Of a stretch of 64,000 bases of DNA, positions 12,420-25,590 are shown one piece after another. Position 1 is the first letter of the stretch; every line of letters begins with the position of its first letter. Location of the stretch: assembly GCF_006345805.1 (NCBI RefSeq), contig NC_043013.1, positions 51,088,001 through 51,152,000 of the forward strand. Direction: 5' to 3'. The translations under genes and the position numbers were made by a program. Source of the stretch: Octopus sinensis. Lineage: Eukaryota. Under the pieces are notes generated by a model, which saw only the letters and a list, made by a program, of their open reading frames with translations, was not told the DNA's origin and did not search any database.

Positions 12420-13780
12420 TACATACATACATACACACACATACATAGGTTGTAATACACACTAGCACGCAAATAGTCGTAATACGCACACAAACAAACA
12501 ACTAGTCGTAATATATACACGCACAAATGAGCGTACACCTACCTACACACAGACAAACGATCATGCAGACATACACATGCACTCAAAGGATTGTATACAC
12601 ACACACACACGATTATAAACACAAACGAACGATCTCACACATACGATCGTATACACAAACACACACACACGCATGTACACACATGATCCTACAAACGCGT
12701 ACACACACACAGATTGGCCGTACACACAGACACACAAACGGTCGCGCGCGCGCACACGCACACATACAAATTGGTCGTACGCAGACACAGAAATGGCCGT
12801 ACACGCACACACACATTACTGTACACACACACAAATGATACACCTGCGTAAATGGTCGTACGTACTCAATCATAAACGGTCGTACGTACGCACATGGTCG
12901 TCGCACACAAAAACAAACGGTCTGCATGCACACAGAAACACAAATGTTAGTACACACAAGAATGTACATACATTTACGAATGGATTTACACACACAAGTG
13001 ATCGTACACACCACTACATACAAAAATGGTTGTACAAACACATGTTCGTACATACACACGCATATAGAAGTACATATACATAAAAGTACACAAGATAAAA
13101 GTACACGAAACACAAGCACACAAATGTACACACTCACATACATAACAGTAGACACACACAAAAGTAGACACACACACATAAAAGTAGATACATACACACA
13201 CACACACACAAAAGTACGCACACACATACTTAAAAGTACGCAGGCACACATACATAAAAGTACGTACATGTACATCGAAGTACGCACATATATTCATAGA
13301 AGTACACACACATACATAGCAGTACACACACATACACAGAAGTACATGCACACACATAAAAGTACACACAGAGAAGTACATACATAGAAGTACACACACA
13401 CACACACACATATACAAATGTTCGTACACACACACACACATACATACAAATGTTCGTACACACACATATACAAATGTTCGTACACACTCATACACAAATG
13501 TTCGTACACACACATACACAAATGTTCGTACACACACATACACACACAAATGTTCGTACACACACATACACAAATGTTCGTACACACACACACACACACA
13601 AATGTTCGTACACACACATACACAAATGTTCGTACACACACATATACAAATGTACGTACACACACATACACAAATGTTCGTACACACACATACACAAATG
13701 TTCGTACACACATACACAAATGTTCGTACACCCACACATATTTACACAAGCGTCCTCACAGATGTAGGAAACTTAGATAT
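12420..13780. repeat. CA-rich cryptic minisatellite; ~20-26-bp unit CACACATACACAAATGTTCGTA in 13410-13730
   Basis: Direct inspection. Confidence 0.93.
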
Positions 13781-14789
13781 ACATGCGTAGATATATACTG
13801 GTACGTATATACACAAGGCACCATACACATACACGGCCATTTAGACGCATTGACAGGGAGACCCCTACAGAAATATACGAAACTGCGGGAAGCCATGTCA
13901 CCACTTACACTCGCGTACATTAAGATCCGTATTCATACGTACAGGTAACCGTGTACACACACACACACACACAAAACCAAATACAGAAGTGGAGGCACAC
14001 ACCCACACCTCCTTTTCTAATGATTATGATATCAGAGAACGTTGGAAGACAACTTTAGAAAGCGGTAATTTGGAAGAATTCAGTTTAAATCATAGGAATA
14101 CGCACGTACGCACGCACTGCATGTATGTACATACGTGTGTGTGTCAGATGGACTGGCTGTGGTGGAAAGATTACGCCTACTTCAAAATCTTATTTTCTTT
14201 CCTGATGGAAATCACACAGGTTTTATGTAATAGAATCTTAGCGTAAAATATATTACGCTAACACATACAACTACTTCTTACAACGTACGCGCACACACAT
14301 ATATATTACTCATACATATATACACACATTACACACACACACATGTATATATACTGATACATGTACATACACACACACATTATATGTCTTTCCTTCCTTT
14401 AATTGTTCCAGTGCAAAGGCTGTGGCCATGCTGAGACACCACCAACCACGTGCACGCCCACACACATATGATGGCTGTCCACTTGTGACCGAAGAAGATT
14501 ATCACCGGGCATTTAGAACATTGTGTACTTAGAGAAATTTACACTTTACACCGATGTCTAACGAGCCGAGCTCTTGAGAAACGCATACATTTGCAAATAA
14601 TACAAATCTTGCCCCATACAATGGCGGTGTATTTTGGAGTACATAAAGCACGACGAACCACGATTGTGGCCCAGATAGATGCATTTAATTTATGGGCGTT
14701 TGTTTGGTCTAATGTTACTTAAATGCTCTGATATAACCTGCGCCAGAATGCAAGAGGGCTAATAGTTCAACTAAAACTTGCCACCATTA

Positions 14790-14950
14790 TATACTTTACG
14801 TTCTGAGTTCAAATTCCGCCGAGGTCGTCTTTGCTTTTCATTCTTTCGGGGTCGAAAAATTAAGTACCAGTTGCGTACTGAAGTCGATCTAATCGACTGG
14901 GCCCATCCCCTCAATTTTTCGGGCCTTGTGCCTAGAGTAGAAAAGATTAT
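14790..14950 (+). mobile_element. 5'-truncated SINE B with alternative tail (GCCTTGTGCCTAGAGTAGAAAAG)
   Basis: B-box plus SINE B body. Confidence 0.85.
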
Positions 14951-15079
14951 ATACTTAGATATCTTAAATATTTTTTGTTTTTTATGTGCGCATAGTAGTC
15001 TCGTTTTCGTAAAATGTGCTCAACAGTCCATGCTATGTAAGTGCAAATCCCAGCTCTTTATGGGTTAATTTCGGCATAG

Positions 15080-15475
15080 AAAATACCCGTTTTCCCGAAA
15101 ACACCAACTCCTTCCGTTACTAGCCTCCTCCATTTGTGACGGTGACAAGTATTGGTTTCCGAATTGTTTTCTTATATATATAACATGCCTTCAACGAGGA
15201 CTTTGCACAATCCTTAAATCATAGTCTTGGTTCCTACGGGAGGCGCTTTCCACAAACAAATTCACCATAAAGCATCTGCTTCGGGATCCTTCGTCCGAAC
15301 AAAGTGCCCAGTCCAAAGTAAATGGCGCTCGTGCAACATTGCCTCAATGCTCAGGGAGTCGGCTTTCCTCGAGACATTCGTGTCTCGAGTCCGCAGGGAC
15401 GAGCAAAACATTCAGAACTTGTTGCGGACATTTGTGATGGCAGCATTCGAAGATCCTTACATGATGCTTGTGTAC
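15080..15475 (-). mobile_element. RTE-clade LINE fragment (post-RT C-terminal region), frameshifted
   Basis: Across frames it reads ...SIEAMLHERHLLWTGHFVR..RIPKQMLYGEFVCGKR...FKDCAKSSLKAC...HRHKWRRLVTEGV, the typical RTE LRWxGHVxRM/PKxLLYGEL/KDxLK pattern. Confidence 0.85.
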
Positions 15476-15818
15476 ACACATATTCACGCGCATACACAAA
15501 TACATATACGTTTCCACACACACACACACATGTTCATCCTCATTCTCAATCGTTTCACTGCGGCCATGCTGGATACCTCCTTGAAGCTTCACTGGTAAAA
15601 TCGTGCCCAGAATTAATTTTGAAGTCTCGTACTTATTCTCACAAAATTATTGACGCGGACAAAGCAGCAGCAACTGAAGAGTAGTGATGTTGGCTTCAAA
15701 ATACAAACCTAAGGCCTGACGCACATTATATAGAGGTCCGGGTTCGATTCCCACGCATACTATAATGCCCATTTTTTTCTGTTGGGGTTTTATATACCCT
15801 AATATTAGATTATTTTCT

Positions 15819-16120
15819 ACTAGCAGTATCGCCCGGCGTTGCTCGGGTTTGTAAGGGAAATAACTATATAAGCATTTTTAGAGAGTTACTTCCCTTATAT
15901 AATATTAAAAAATGAATTAAAAATGGGAAAAAATGATGGTAAATTTTTTAAAAATCGTAGACTCATCGTAGACGCGCGCTAATACCCAGAAGGGCTCGAT
16001 ATGAATCACGACTATAAGATACCCGCTTTTGGTTACACTGCACCGCAAAATGTGGGAGTAGTTAGAAATCTAAATCGTAGGAGACAGACACCACACAACT
16101 TCACTTTTATATATAAAGAT
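15819..16120 (+). mobile_element. Second Helentron/DINE-1-like non-autonomous element
   Basis: Starts ACTAGCAGTATCGCCCGGCGTTGCTCGGG and ends CTTTTATATATAAAGAT, matching recalled HINE termini. Confidence 0.65.
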
Positions 16121-17175
16121 ATTCAATATATAATGAAAGTTTATATTTACAAAGCTTTTAACCGTTTTTAATTTACACACAAACACATATATATATATAC
16201 GTGTGTGTGTGTATGTGTGTGTGTGCGTGTGTGTATGTGTGTGTGTGTGCGCGCGCGCTTGTCCAGTTGCACCGCTTGCTGTGTTTGCGTCCTGATAGCC
16301 TAGCAGTTTGGCAAAAGACCTTGATAAAAAAAAAAAATCAGTTGTGAGGTCGATTCGTTCTTCTAAAGTCATAGCGGTCCCCCAGATGTGTGTGTATGTG
16401 GTGTGTGTGTGTGTGTGTGAGAGCACGCTCTTGAAATTTTCCTGTTAAAAATGCGTAGAGTACAATATTGTTTATAATTTGTCAAATTTAGCCACCAAAT
16501 CCTCATTGCACGATGGAATGGTTTATTGCAGCCAATTTGAATTAATTCAGAACTGTGGTGACGATAATTAAGACCGTAAGTGGGCGTTATGTAGGCGACT
16601 GGGGTTCGGTTCCTACGTTCCCGCGGGACTCTTACTACTTTCCTTATATTTCTCTTTTGTTTTGCTTATTGATTTTTTTTTAAAATTCATTTAATTTCTA
16701 AAATATCATAACTGAATAATCTGTCATGCAATAAGACGTTTAAAATTATTCTTCAAACTGTAGTGTGGGCGAAAAAAGCATTGCACTTGACTACGATATA
16801 TAATCAAGGTTTAAACCGGGCCCCGAAGAAGTCTTTTCAAGGTGGAACAAAACAATTTTCGGGTCTCCTAGAGGAAGGCTTCATCTCAAAATTCGTGTAT
16901 TTTGTTTTTTAATTGGGAAGAGAGAAGGACCGATCAGATAATTTTATATCGACGAACTCTTCTTTGACTCCCTGGGTCTCAGAGTAACCTTACTTATCTT
17001 TGGTGTTAGGAATAAGCACATTGCTAAATTTTTCAGGTGGTACCCATGTAGTGTAGGTGCAGTATGGCCAATGATTGAGATTTGTTTTGCAACCACGAAG
17101 TCCCAATTTCGATACCAATGCAAGACATCTTGAGGTAAAATATTTTGTATAACTCTGGGTCGATCCAAACCTTGT

Positions 17176-17343
17176 GAGAGAAACCTTGTAGGCGGGACCG
17201 AGAGAAACCGAGTAGGCGGGACCGAGAGAAACCGAGTAGGCGGGACCGAGAGAAACCGTGTAGGCGGGACCGAGAGAAACCGTGTAGGCGGGACCGAGAG
17301 AAACCTTGTAGGCGGGACCGAGAGAAACCGTGTAGGCGGGACT
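17176..17343. repeat. GC-rich 24-bp minisatellite, 7 copies
   Basis: GAGAGAAACC(TT/GA/GT)GTAGGCGGGACC x7, no spacers. Confidence 0.97.
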
Positions 17344-19064
17344 CACAAATGTCCATCGAGTGAATTGAATCTGCAATTCAAATGGCACAGCTTTATCACA
17401 CATTCTGTCACGTTGACCCTGGCAGTGAATTACTTTAACGGTACATGTGTCTGTGGAGTACTCAGCCCCTTAGACGCTTATTCTAGAGCAGATATTTCAG
17501 TTGATCCAACGACGGAAATCCACTGCCCACTATTTACTCAGTATGGAGTGATACTGCTCTAATCCAGTTTTCATCTGGCTTTGTTAATGATGTAAAATAA
17601 ACGGTATTTTGTCGACAATTCCCAACTGCGAACAGGTTTTCAAGCATCGAAGATACAAATTCATTCTAGTAATACTTGCAAAGTCTTTCGAGCGGATTCA
17701 GGGAACCTCATCAGTATCCGACGTCCTTCAAGGCTGGAAGCTTTTATGGTTAATCAGATTTTTTTTATCGTGTAATCGAGAGGAAGAAAACGTACCTGTG
17801 AAGCTTTGCAGGGAGTCCAAGATTTGTAGAAAGGAGAGAGGGAGGCCTCCGCCACAAACCGAATATCTGGCCTGAATGCTTGCAACAGTGTGAACGCTGC
17901 TCAAGGTAACCAAGTGTCCAGTGGCAGAATATGTCCCGCCCGAGGCATCTCTTTGCGGCTCCAATCCTGGTACCCCCTTCAGTTTGCCATCCCTCTCCAC
18001 TGGCTTTTAAACCTATGCAGGCTTACACAGCAGACCCAAATGTGCCGCTCCCATAAATACATCGCCCAGGGAGAACTTTATCCCCACCCCTAGTGCAAGA
18101 GACTCAAGAGATAGTTTTAAATTTGAAGATAGATTAAGTCTATTAGCGAAGAAGAAATAATAGACCAATGTTGACAGGTCTTTGCGAAAATTGTAAAATA
18201 GTAGAGGAGGAAGGAATGGTTAGATTTGTGGAGTGAAGTTCACAAGTCATTATCGACTCTCCCCTTCAAACAGTTTCACTTCATTTGCAAAGATTATTGT
18301 TCTAGGTATGATTTCAAGTTCCATCCTGTTGTGGGGCCTCAGTTCTGGAGTTCTAGTGTTTGGAAGAGTGTAGAATCATCTCTTTACCACAATTGTTCCC
18401 AGGTCTACTCTGACCCAGAGTTGCAGCACTGGTCAGGGTCTCAATGATGGGTTAACTAACATGTACCGAAATCTACTTCAGAAGGTCACCCACAAGGATT
18501 CCAACCGATTCGGGGAAATGAAGACTGAAGCTCATCTAGATGAAGGTAAATAAATCATGAATTCTGCTAAGTTCTGTGCTCAAGACACTTGTTGCCCCAG
18601 ACTAATACAAATTTGAAGAACGATAAAATGGGACCGGCTCTGCATAAACAGTGCCCACTATAATAATAAACCCCTGCTGACTTGTGGCGTAATTTGAACG
18701 TTTAGAAAAGCTAAGGGAGCAAACGCCTACAGAAAATCCCGAGGGAAAGTTACTAAGGCAGATATGTACTGTTACACTTCCCTAATATCTGGTTTCTCCT
18801 GCAGCTTCACGGATGCTGCGAACTAATTGAGTTGTCATACCACGAGTGGTGTATCTATGAGTAGAAAGATGGTACGTGTACTTAGGGGTAGAAATTAGCT
18901 TCTGGAAAGAGCCCCGGGGACAGCAGAGGTGTACTGTCCCTGCAGTGCAGTTCAGTTAACGCCTAAAAATGCCAACCAATACTAACCACATAGTTTATGT
19001 TATTTGAAAATGAATGAACATCACAAAGTCTCATTGATCATTGTCTAATATTTATGTTCTTGGA

Positions 19065-19290
19065 AGGCGGTGATTTGGCAGTGCCGTTAGCATGCCGGAC
19101 AAAACGATTACCGGCATTTCGTCCGTCTTTAGGTTCTGAGCTCAAATTCCGCCGAGGTTGACTTTGCGTTTATTCTTTCGGAGTCGATAACAAAGTACCG
19201 GTTAATTACTGGGGTCAATGTAATCGACTTACTCCCTCGCTCCCACGAAAGTGCTGGCCTTGTGCCAAATTTTGAAGCCAGTGTTTATGT
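19065..19290 (+). mobile_element. Older SINE B with third tail type (GCTGGCCTTGTGCCAAATTTTGAAGCC)
   Basis: Head, B-box and body recognisable. Confidence 0.8.
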
Positions 19291-20836
19291 TGTTGGGATT
19301 ACGAAAAATAAAAGCAAGAACGAAAAAAAAGAAAGAAAAAAAGCATATATGAAATACAATAAAACAACGAATCTTGCAATTACGGAAGTTTGAGATAAAC
19401 GGCAAAGAGTGGAACATTTGCAGGGAAATGGGTTTCCTTGTTTGTTTGACTTGTTGAGTAATTATTTTGAGGAGAAAAATAGGGGAAAACGAAAGCACCA
19501 AAATATCAACAACAACAACGAAAAAGAATAACGAACGGAAAAAAAATATGATAATAACACTAAAACAACAACAAAAGCGGAACCTAGATTTCCAGAAGGA
19601 ATGGAATTGTATAGAATCTTGAAATGTGTCACTGAGTGAGGACGGAAATCCTATCTGAATAACAACATACAATATAAGAGCGTCATTAGTTGCCGAGTTC
19701 AGATCGTTATCTGCTGCTTAATGATATTATACGATCGTCTTATCTTACCGTACACAAACTACGTATTTTATTTGGGGGCTTTTTGCTATCATTTTTTGTT
19801 ACTTTTTTTCATTTCACATTTGCAAAATATAGAGGAGGGAAAGAAAGAAGGGTTCAGGATTGACTGTGAAAGGAGCTGGAGGGGAAAAAAAGGAGATAGA
19901 AAACAAGCAACTTTTATGAACAGAACTACACACACACACACACACATATATATACACATATATACACAGGGTTATTATAAAGTCTTTATGCCATTTAAAA
20001 TATTAAATTTCGATGTCTCTAGTTTTATATATAATAGAATTAATCTGCAAAAGATATTTAATAAACTAACGCATCTATTTTATCGACGTCAAGAGAGGAA
20101 TTTATTATAATTGATTATTAATTATAAAAATTGGAATTACTTTAATCTGTGACGATAATATTTGAGCTCAAAACACCATAATCAAGAACAAATAAAAACC
20201 AACATTTTTCAACGATTGCATCAGTTTTGGGAGACAAGTGTAAAAGTTAAAATTTACCTAGGTTTTGGTGGCAACGTGGGGTAAAAATGTAAAAAATTAA
20301 AATTTTTGGATAAAAAATTCTTTCACAGAAGGAAACAACCCCTTTCCAAATTCGTTGCCCCTTTTTCCTCCTCCATAAGCTATTTCGAAAGCATGCCGAT
20401 CAGCAATTACACCTACCTCACTAGACGAGGGTTGTGATAAAAATTAATTAAAAAGTATCATAATTTAAAAAAAAAACTTTACATCAATAAATACGAAATA
20501 CGTGGTTCGAATGAATTTAGTTGATATTTTAACACAATATTCAAAAGAATTCTTACCTTTTAAAAATTAAAATTTTAAAGTTGCAAGTTCCACAAATTGA
20601 GTAAATATTAATATATTCCGTTTGAATTTTGTTTAGCTCGTTCAAAACATGGCGTCGTTGCAAATAGGTAACATATTCGGAATGAGGCAAATACAAGCGA
20701 AGCATATGATTCGCTGAAATTCGATTTCTCAATGAAAACTTTTATTTTCCCACCTATACACATTCACACGTAAACGCACACATACAAAGATGTACACACA
20801 CTAATATATGTATCCACTGTAATGATTATCATTGAG

Positions 20837-21760
20837 ATTAGGGCGGCGAGCTGGTAGAAACGTTAGCACGCCGGGCGAAACGCTCAGCAGCATTTCGTTT
20901 GCCACTACGTTCTGAGTTCAAATTCAGCCGAGGTCGGCTTTGCCTTTCATCCTTTTGGAGTCGATTAAATAAGTACCAGTTACATACTGGGGTCGATATA
21001 ATCGACTTAATCCGTTTGTCTGTCCTTATTTGTCCTCTCTGTGTTTAGCCCCTTGTGGGTAGTAAAGAAATAGGTATTTCGCCTGTCGTTACGTTCTGAG
21101 TTCAAATTCCACCGAGGTCGACATTGCCTTTCATCCTTTCGGGGTCGATTAAATAAGTACCAGTTACGTACTGGGGTCGATATAATCGACTTAATCCGTT
21201 TGTCTGTCCTTGTTTGTCCTCTCTGTGTTTAGAGCCTTGTGGGTAATAAAGAAACAGGTATTTCATCTGCCACTACGTTCTGAGTTCAAATTCCGCCGAG
21301 GTCGACTTTGACTTTCATCCTTTCGGAGTACATTTGAGTACTGGGATCAATGCAACGACTTGCCCCTTCCCCCAAAATTTCAGGCCTTCTGCCTATAGTA
21401 GAAAGGAAAATGCTTAGCGGCATTTTCCCGTCTGTACGTTCTGAGTTCAAATTCCACTGAGGTCGACATTGCTTTTCATCCTTTTCGGGGGTCGATAAAT
21501 TAGGTACCAGTGAAACACTGGGTCAATGTAATCAACTAGTCCCCTACCCACGCACAAAAATTCCAGGCTTTGTGCTTATAGTAGAAAGGAAAATGCTTGG
21601 CGCATTTTTCCCGTCTGTACGTTCTGGGTTCAAATTTCGCCGTGGCCGACTTTGCCTTTAATCCCTTTCGGGGTCGATGAAATAAGAACCAGTTTAACAC
21701 TGGGATCGATGTAATCGACTTGTCCCCTCCCTCCCTAGGCTTGGTACAGCTTGGACAACA
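20837..21760 (+). mobile_element. SINE B array of about five units with mixed tail types
   Basis: Units restart at GGTATTTC (21071, 21255) and at AAAATGCTT (21407, 21590). Confidence 0.88.
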
Positions 21761-22102
21761 CAGGGGAAAATGAACATCTTGTGGATAAGTGGGGCCTCGA
21801 GGATGCACAGTTTTTAAGTAGTTTGCCAATATTTTTTGAGCATTTTTAGAAACTTCACTTTTACAAACTGGAAACTTTAATATAAAAGAGAGAACTAGAA
21901 CACAGTCGTTGTTTTCAAAACAGGCCTTTCTTTCTTTCTTCCTTTCAATACATACACTCAAACACATGTTTCTATAGACATACAGACATCTTTATGTATA
22001 CACTCACACACACACACACAAGTATATTTATGTATATATGTATGTATTTATCTATATATATATACTTATGTATATACGAATATTCATATATATATACATA
22101 TA

Positions 22103-22134
<32 letters not shown>

Positions 22135-22285
22135 GCATGTATATGTGTGAATGTATATATATATATATAAATATGCATATGTATATATATATATATATAT
22201 ATGTATGCGTGTATGTTTGTGTGAGTATATAACTGTGTGTCCACTTATTATTTTTGTAAGTTAGGAACCGAAATCGTTTATATGT

Positions 22286-22324
<39 letters not shown>

Positions 22325-22528
22325 ACTGACATGATGATGTCATGTTAGATTTCTTACGACAACAAACAACTGTGAAACATTATTGGAACTCCATGTGAGG
22401 TTGTTTATATTAACAGCATCATCATCATCATCATGGTGATGATGATGACAACCGTCGTCATCGTCGTAGTCATCATCATCGTCTTCATCATCAACTCTAC
22501 ACCCTCCCCTCCTCTTCCCATCACTACC

Positions 22529-22761
22529 TATTTCTTTACTACCCACAAGGGGTTAAACACAGAGAGGACAAAGAAGGACAGACAAACGGATTAAGTCGAT
22601 TATATCGACCCCAGTGCGTAACTGATACTTATTTAATCGACCCCGAAAGGATGAAAGGCAAAGTCGACCTTGGCGGAATTTGAACTCAAAACGTTGCGGC
22701 AGACGAAATACTGCTAAGCATTTCGCCCGGCGTGCTAACGATTCTGCCAGCTCCCCGCCTC
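22529..22761 (-). mobile_element. Single full-length SINE B with 12-bp target-site duplication
   Basis: CCCATCACTACC at 22517-22528 and 22762-22773. Confidence 0.93.
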
Positions 22762-23687
22762 CCCATCACTACCACCACCATCATCAACGTCAAGAATAGT
22801 AACATCGGTTTCATATTTTGGCACAAGGCCTGGAATTTTGGGAGAGGGGTTCTGTTGAATACATCGACCCCAGCGCTCAGCTGGTACTTATTTCATCGAC
22901 TCAGAAAAATTGAAAGGCAAGGTCGACCGCGGGGGAATTTGAACTTAAAGACGGACGAAATGCCGCTACGCATTTTGTCCGGCATGTTAACGATTCCGCC
23001 AGCTTGCCTCTCCTATCAAGACCATCCCGTTTTTCATTCAATCACAGTATTTTAAAGACTATCCAATGAACACCTAAAATACTACTGCGAACCCCCAATT
23101 TATTATTTTGCTTGTATGCCCCACCCCCAATCTTACATGGACCCATAGGGGTCACATGGACCGTTGTTGAGAACCACACAGAAAAAGAATTAAAGCATTA
23201 AACGGCAAATATTCGAACAAACGGACAACTTATTTCCAAAGACCGTATCGTATTAATCGAGGGAGACGCTTGTTATTTCCATCCCGTCGAATATCCACCA
23301 CAGAGAACTGGGTTCCCTATAAAGAACATTATTAAAGTCAGATACTCAGATCCTTGATGCTCATCGCATTTGGCAGGGGAGCGGGGTCCCAGCATTTTTG
23401 GGGGTGTTGCCCAAAAGTTTAAGGGAAAAAGAAATACTACATAAGGTGGGAATAGCAATTCGTAACAAATGGACCCATTTTTATGAATTCTTTGTTGCAG
23501 TGGACAATACGCATATGAAACAGTAATGATGTGAAATTGCTGGAAAAAAAAAAACGTTGGTCCCGATATCTTTTGGTGTCGGCTCGGCTAGAAAGGGTGT
23601 CGCCAGGGCAACTCGGACAACACCCATGCATCAGCCACTGTTGGTGAGTATCAAAGTTCTGCAGCATTATAGAAGTTACGTTACGTA

Positions 23688-24975
23688 AGGCGGCGCACTG
23701 GTAGAATCGTAAGCACGCCGGACAAAATGCTTAGTGGTATTTTGTCCGGCGTGAGCTGGCAGAATTGTTAGCACGCCGGGCGAAATGCTTAGCGGTATTT
23801 CGTCTGCCGCTACGTTCTGAGTTCAAATTCCGCCGAGGTCGACTTTGCCTTTCATCCTTTCGGGGTCGATTAAATAAGTACCAGTTGCGCACTGGGGTCG
23901 ATATAATCAACTTAATCCGTTTGTCTGTCCGTGTTTGTTCTCTCTTTGTTTAGCCCCTTGTGGGTAGTAAAGAAAAAGGTATTTCGTCTGCCGCTACGTT
24001 CTGAGTTCACATTCCGCCGAGGTCGACTTTGCCTTTCATCCTTTCGGGGTCGATAAATTAAGTACCAGTTACGCACTGGGGTCGATGTAATCGACTTAAT
24101 CCGTCTGTCTGTCCTTGTTTGTCCCCTCTGTGTTTAGCCCCTTGTGGGCAATAAAGAAACAGGTATTTCGTCTGCCATTAAAGGCTGTGAGCTGGCAGAA
24201 TCGTTAGCACGCCGGGCGAAATGCTTAGCGGTATTTCGTCTGCCGCTACGTTCTGAGTTCAAATTCCGCCGAGGTCGACTTTGCCTTTCATCCTTTCGGG
24301 GTCGATTAAATAAGTACCAGTTGCGCACTGGGGTCGATATAATCAACTTAATCCGTTTGTCTGTCCGTGTTTGTTCTCTCTTTGTTTAGCCCCTTGTGGG
24401 TAGTAAAGAAAAAGGTATTTCGTCTGCCGCTACGTTCTGAGTTCACATTCCGCCGAGGTCGACTTTGCCTTTCATCCTTTCGGGGTCGATAAATTAAGTA
24501 CCAGTTACGCACTGGGGTCGATGTAATCGACTTAATCCGTCTGTCTGTCCTTGTTTGTCCCCTCTGTGTTTAGCCCCTTGTGGGCAATAAAGAAACAGGT
24601 ATTTCGTCTGCCATTAAAGGCTGTGAGCTGGCAGAATCGTTAGCACGCCGGGCGAAATGCTTAGCGGTATTTCGTCTGCCGCTACGTTCTGAGTTCAAAT
24701 TCCGCCGAGGTCGACTTTGCTTCTCAGCCTTTCGGGGTCGATAAATTAAGTACCAGTTACGCACTGGTGTCTATGTAATCGACTTAATCCGTTTGTCTGT
24801 CCTTGTTTGTCCCCTTGGGTAGTAAAGAAATAGGTATTTTGCCTGCCGCTACGTTCTGAGTTCAAATTCCGCCGAAGTCGACTTTGCCTTTCATCCTTTT
24901 GGGGTTGATAAATTAAGTACTAGTTGCGTACTGGGATCGATCTAATCGACTTAACTCTCCCCCGAATTTGCTGGT
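23688..24975 (+). mobile_element. Nested SINE B array with a 436-bp higher-order repeat
   Basis: Old head at 23688-23735, then heads near 23750, 24181 and 24617; AAAGAAACAGGTATTTCGTCTGCCATTAAAGG junction at 24162 and 24598. Confidence 0.9.
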
Positions 24976-25204
24976 CTTGTACCAAAAAGGCGACGAGTTG
25001 GCAGGATCCTTAGAACACCAGGAAAAATACCTGGCGGCATTCCGTCTGCCTTTCCGTTCTGAGTTCGAATTCCGCTGAAGCCGACTTTGCATTACATTCT
25101 TTCGGGACCAATAAAATAAGTACCAGTTGAATACAGTGGGGGTGGGAGTGTAATGGAACTAACTCGCAGTCCCCAAATTACTGGCCTTATGCCAAAATTG
25201 GAAA

Positions 25205-25590
25205 CCGATATTTCTAGATTTAGTTGTTATTTCTAGTTGGTAGGGAGTGGTTCGTAAAAAAAATTTGGCTGCTAATACTAAATGATAGACTTTGATTTGA
25301 GGGAAATTTGGTTGTCATTTCTTGTCGGCCGGGCTTGATTTGTTAACGATTCAGCTGTTATTTCTTGATGATAGAGTGTGTTTTGAGGGAGATTTGTCTG
25401 CTACTTTTAGTTGGTTGGGTGTGATTTGTGACAGATTCGACCGTTATTCTTGATGAGATTGAATTGAAGGCTATCTGGTTGTTATTTCTAGTTGGTGGAG
25501 TATGATCTGTGAAATATTCGGCTGCCATGTCTAGGGTGTGATTTTGAGGGAGATTTGGTTGCTATTTCTAGCAGGCCAGATGGCCACCCA
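25205..25590 (+). repeat. Degenerate tandem modules of TGATTT(T)GAGGGAGATTTGG(T/C)TG(C/T)TATTTCTAG
   Basis: About four decayed copies visible. Confidence 0.55.

Noticed and set aside
17176-17343. CRISPR-like array
   Set aside because: Units are contiguous with no unique spacers, and the context is eukaryotic with no cas genes.
17683-17714. Hammerhead-like core on minus (CUGAUGAG...CUCGAAA)
   Set aside because: Stems I and III cannot be formed convincingly; at best a heavily decayed relic.
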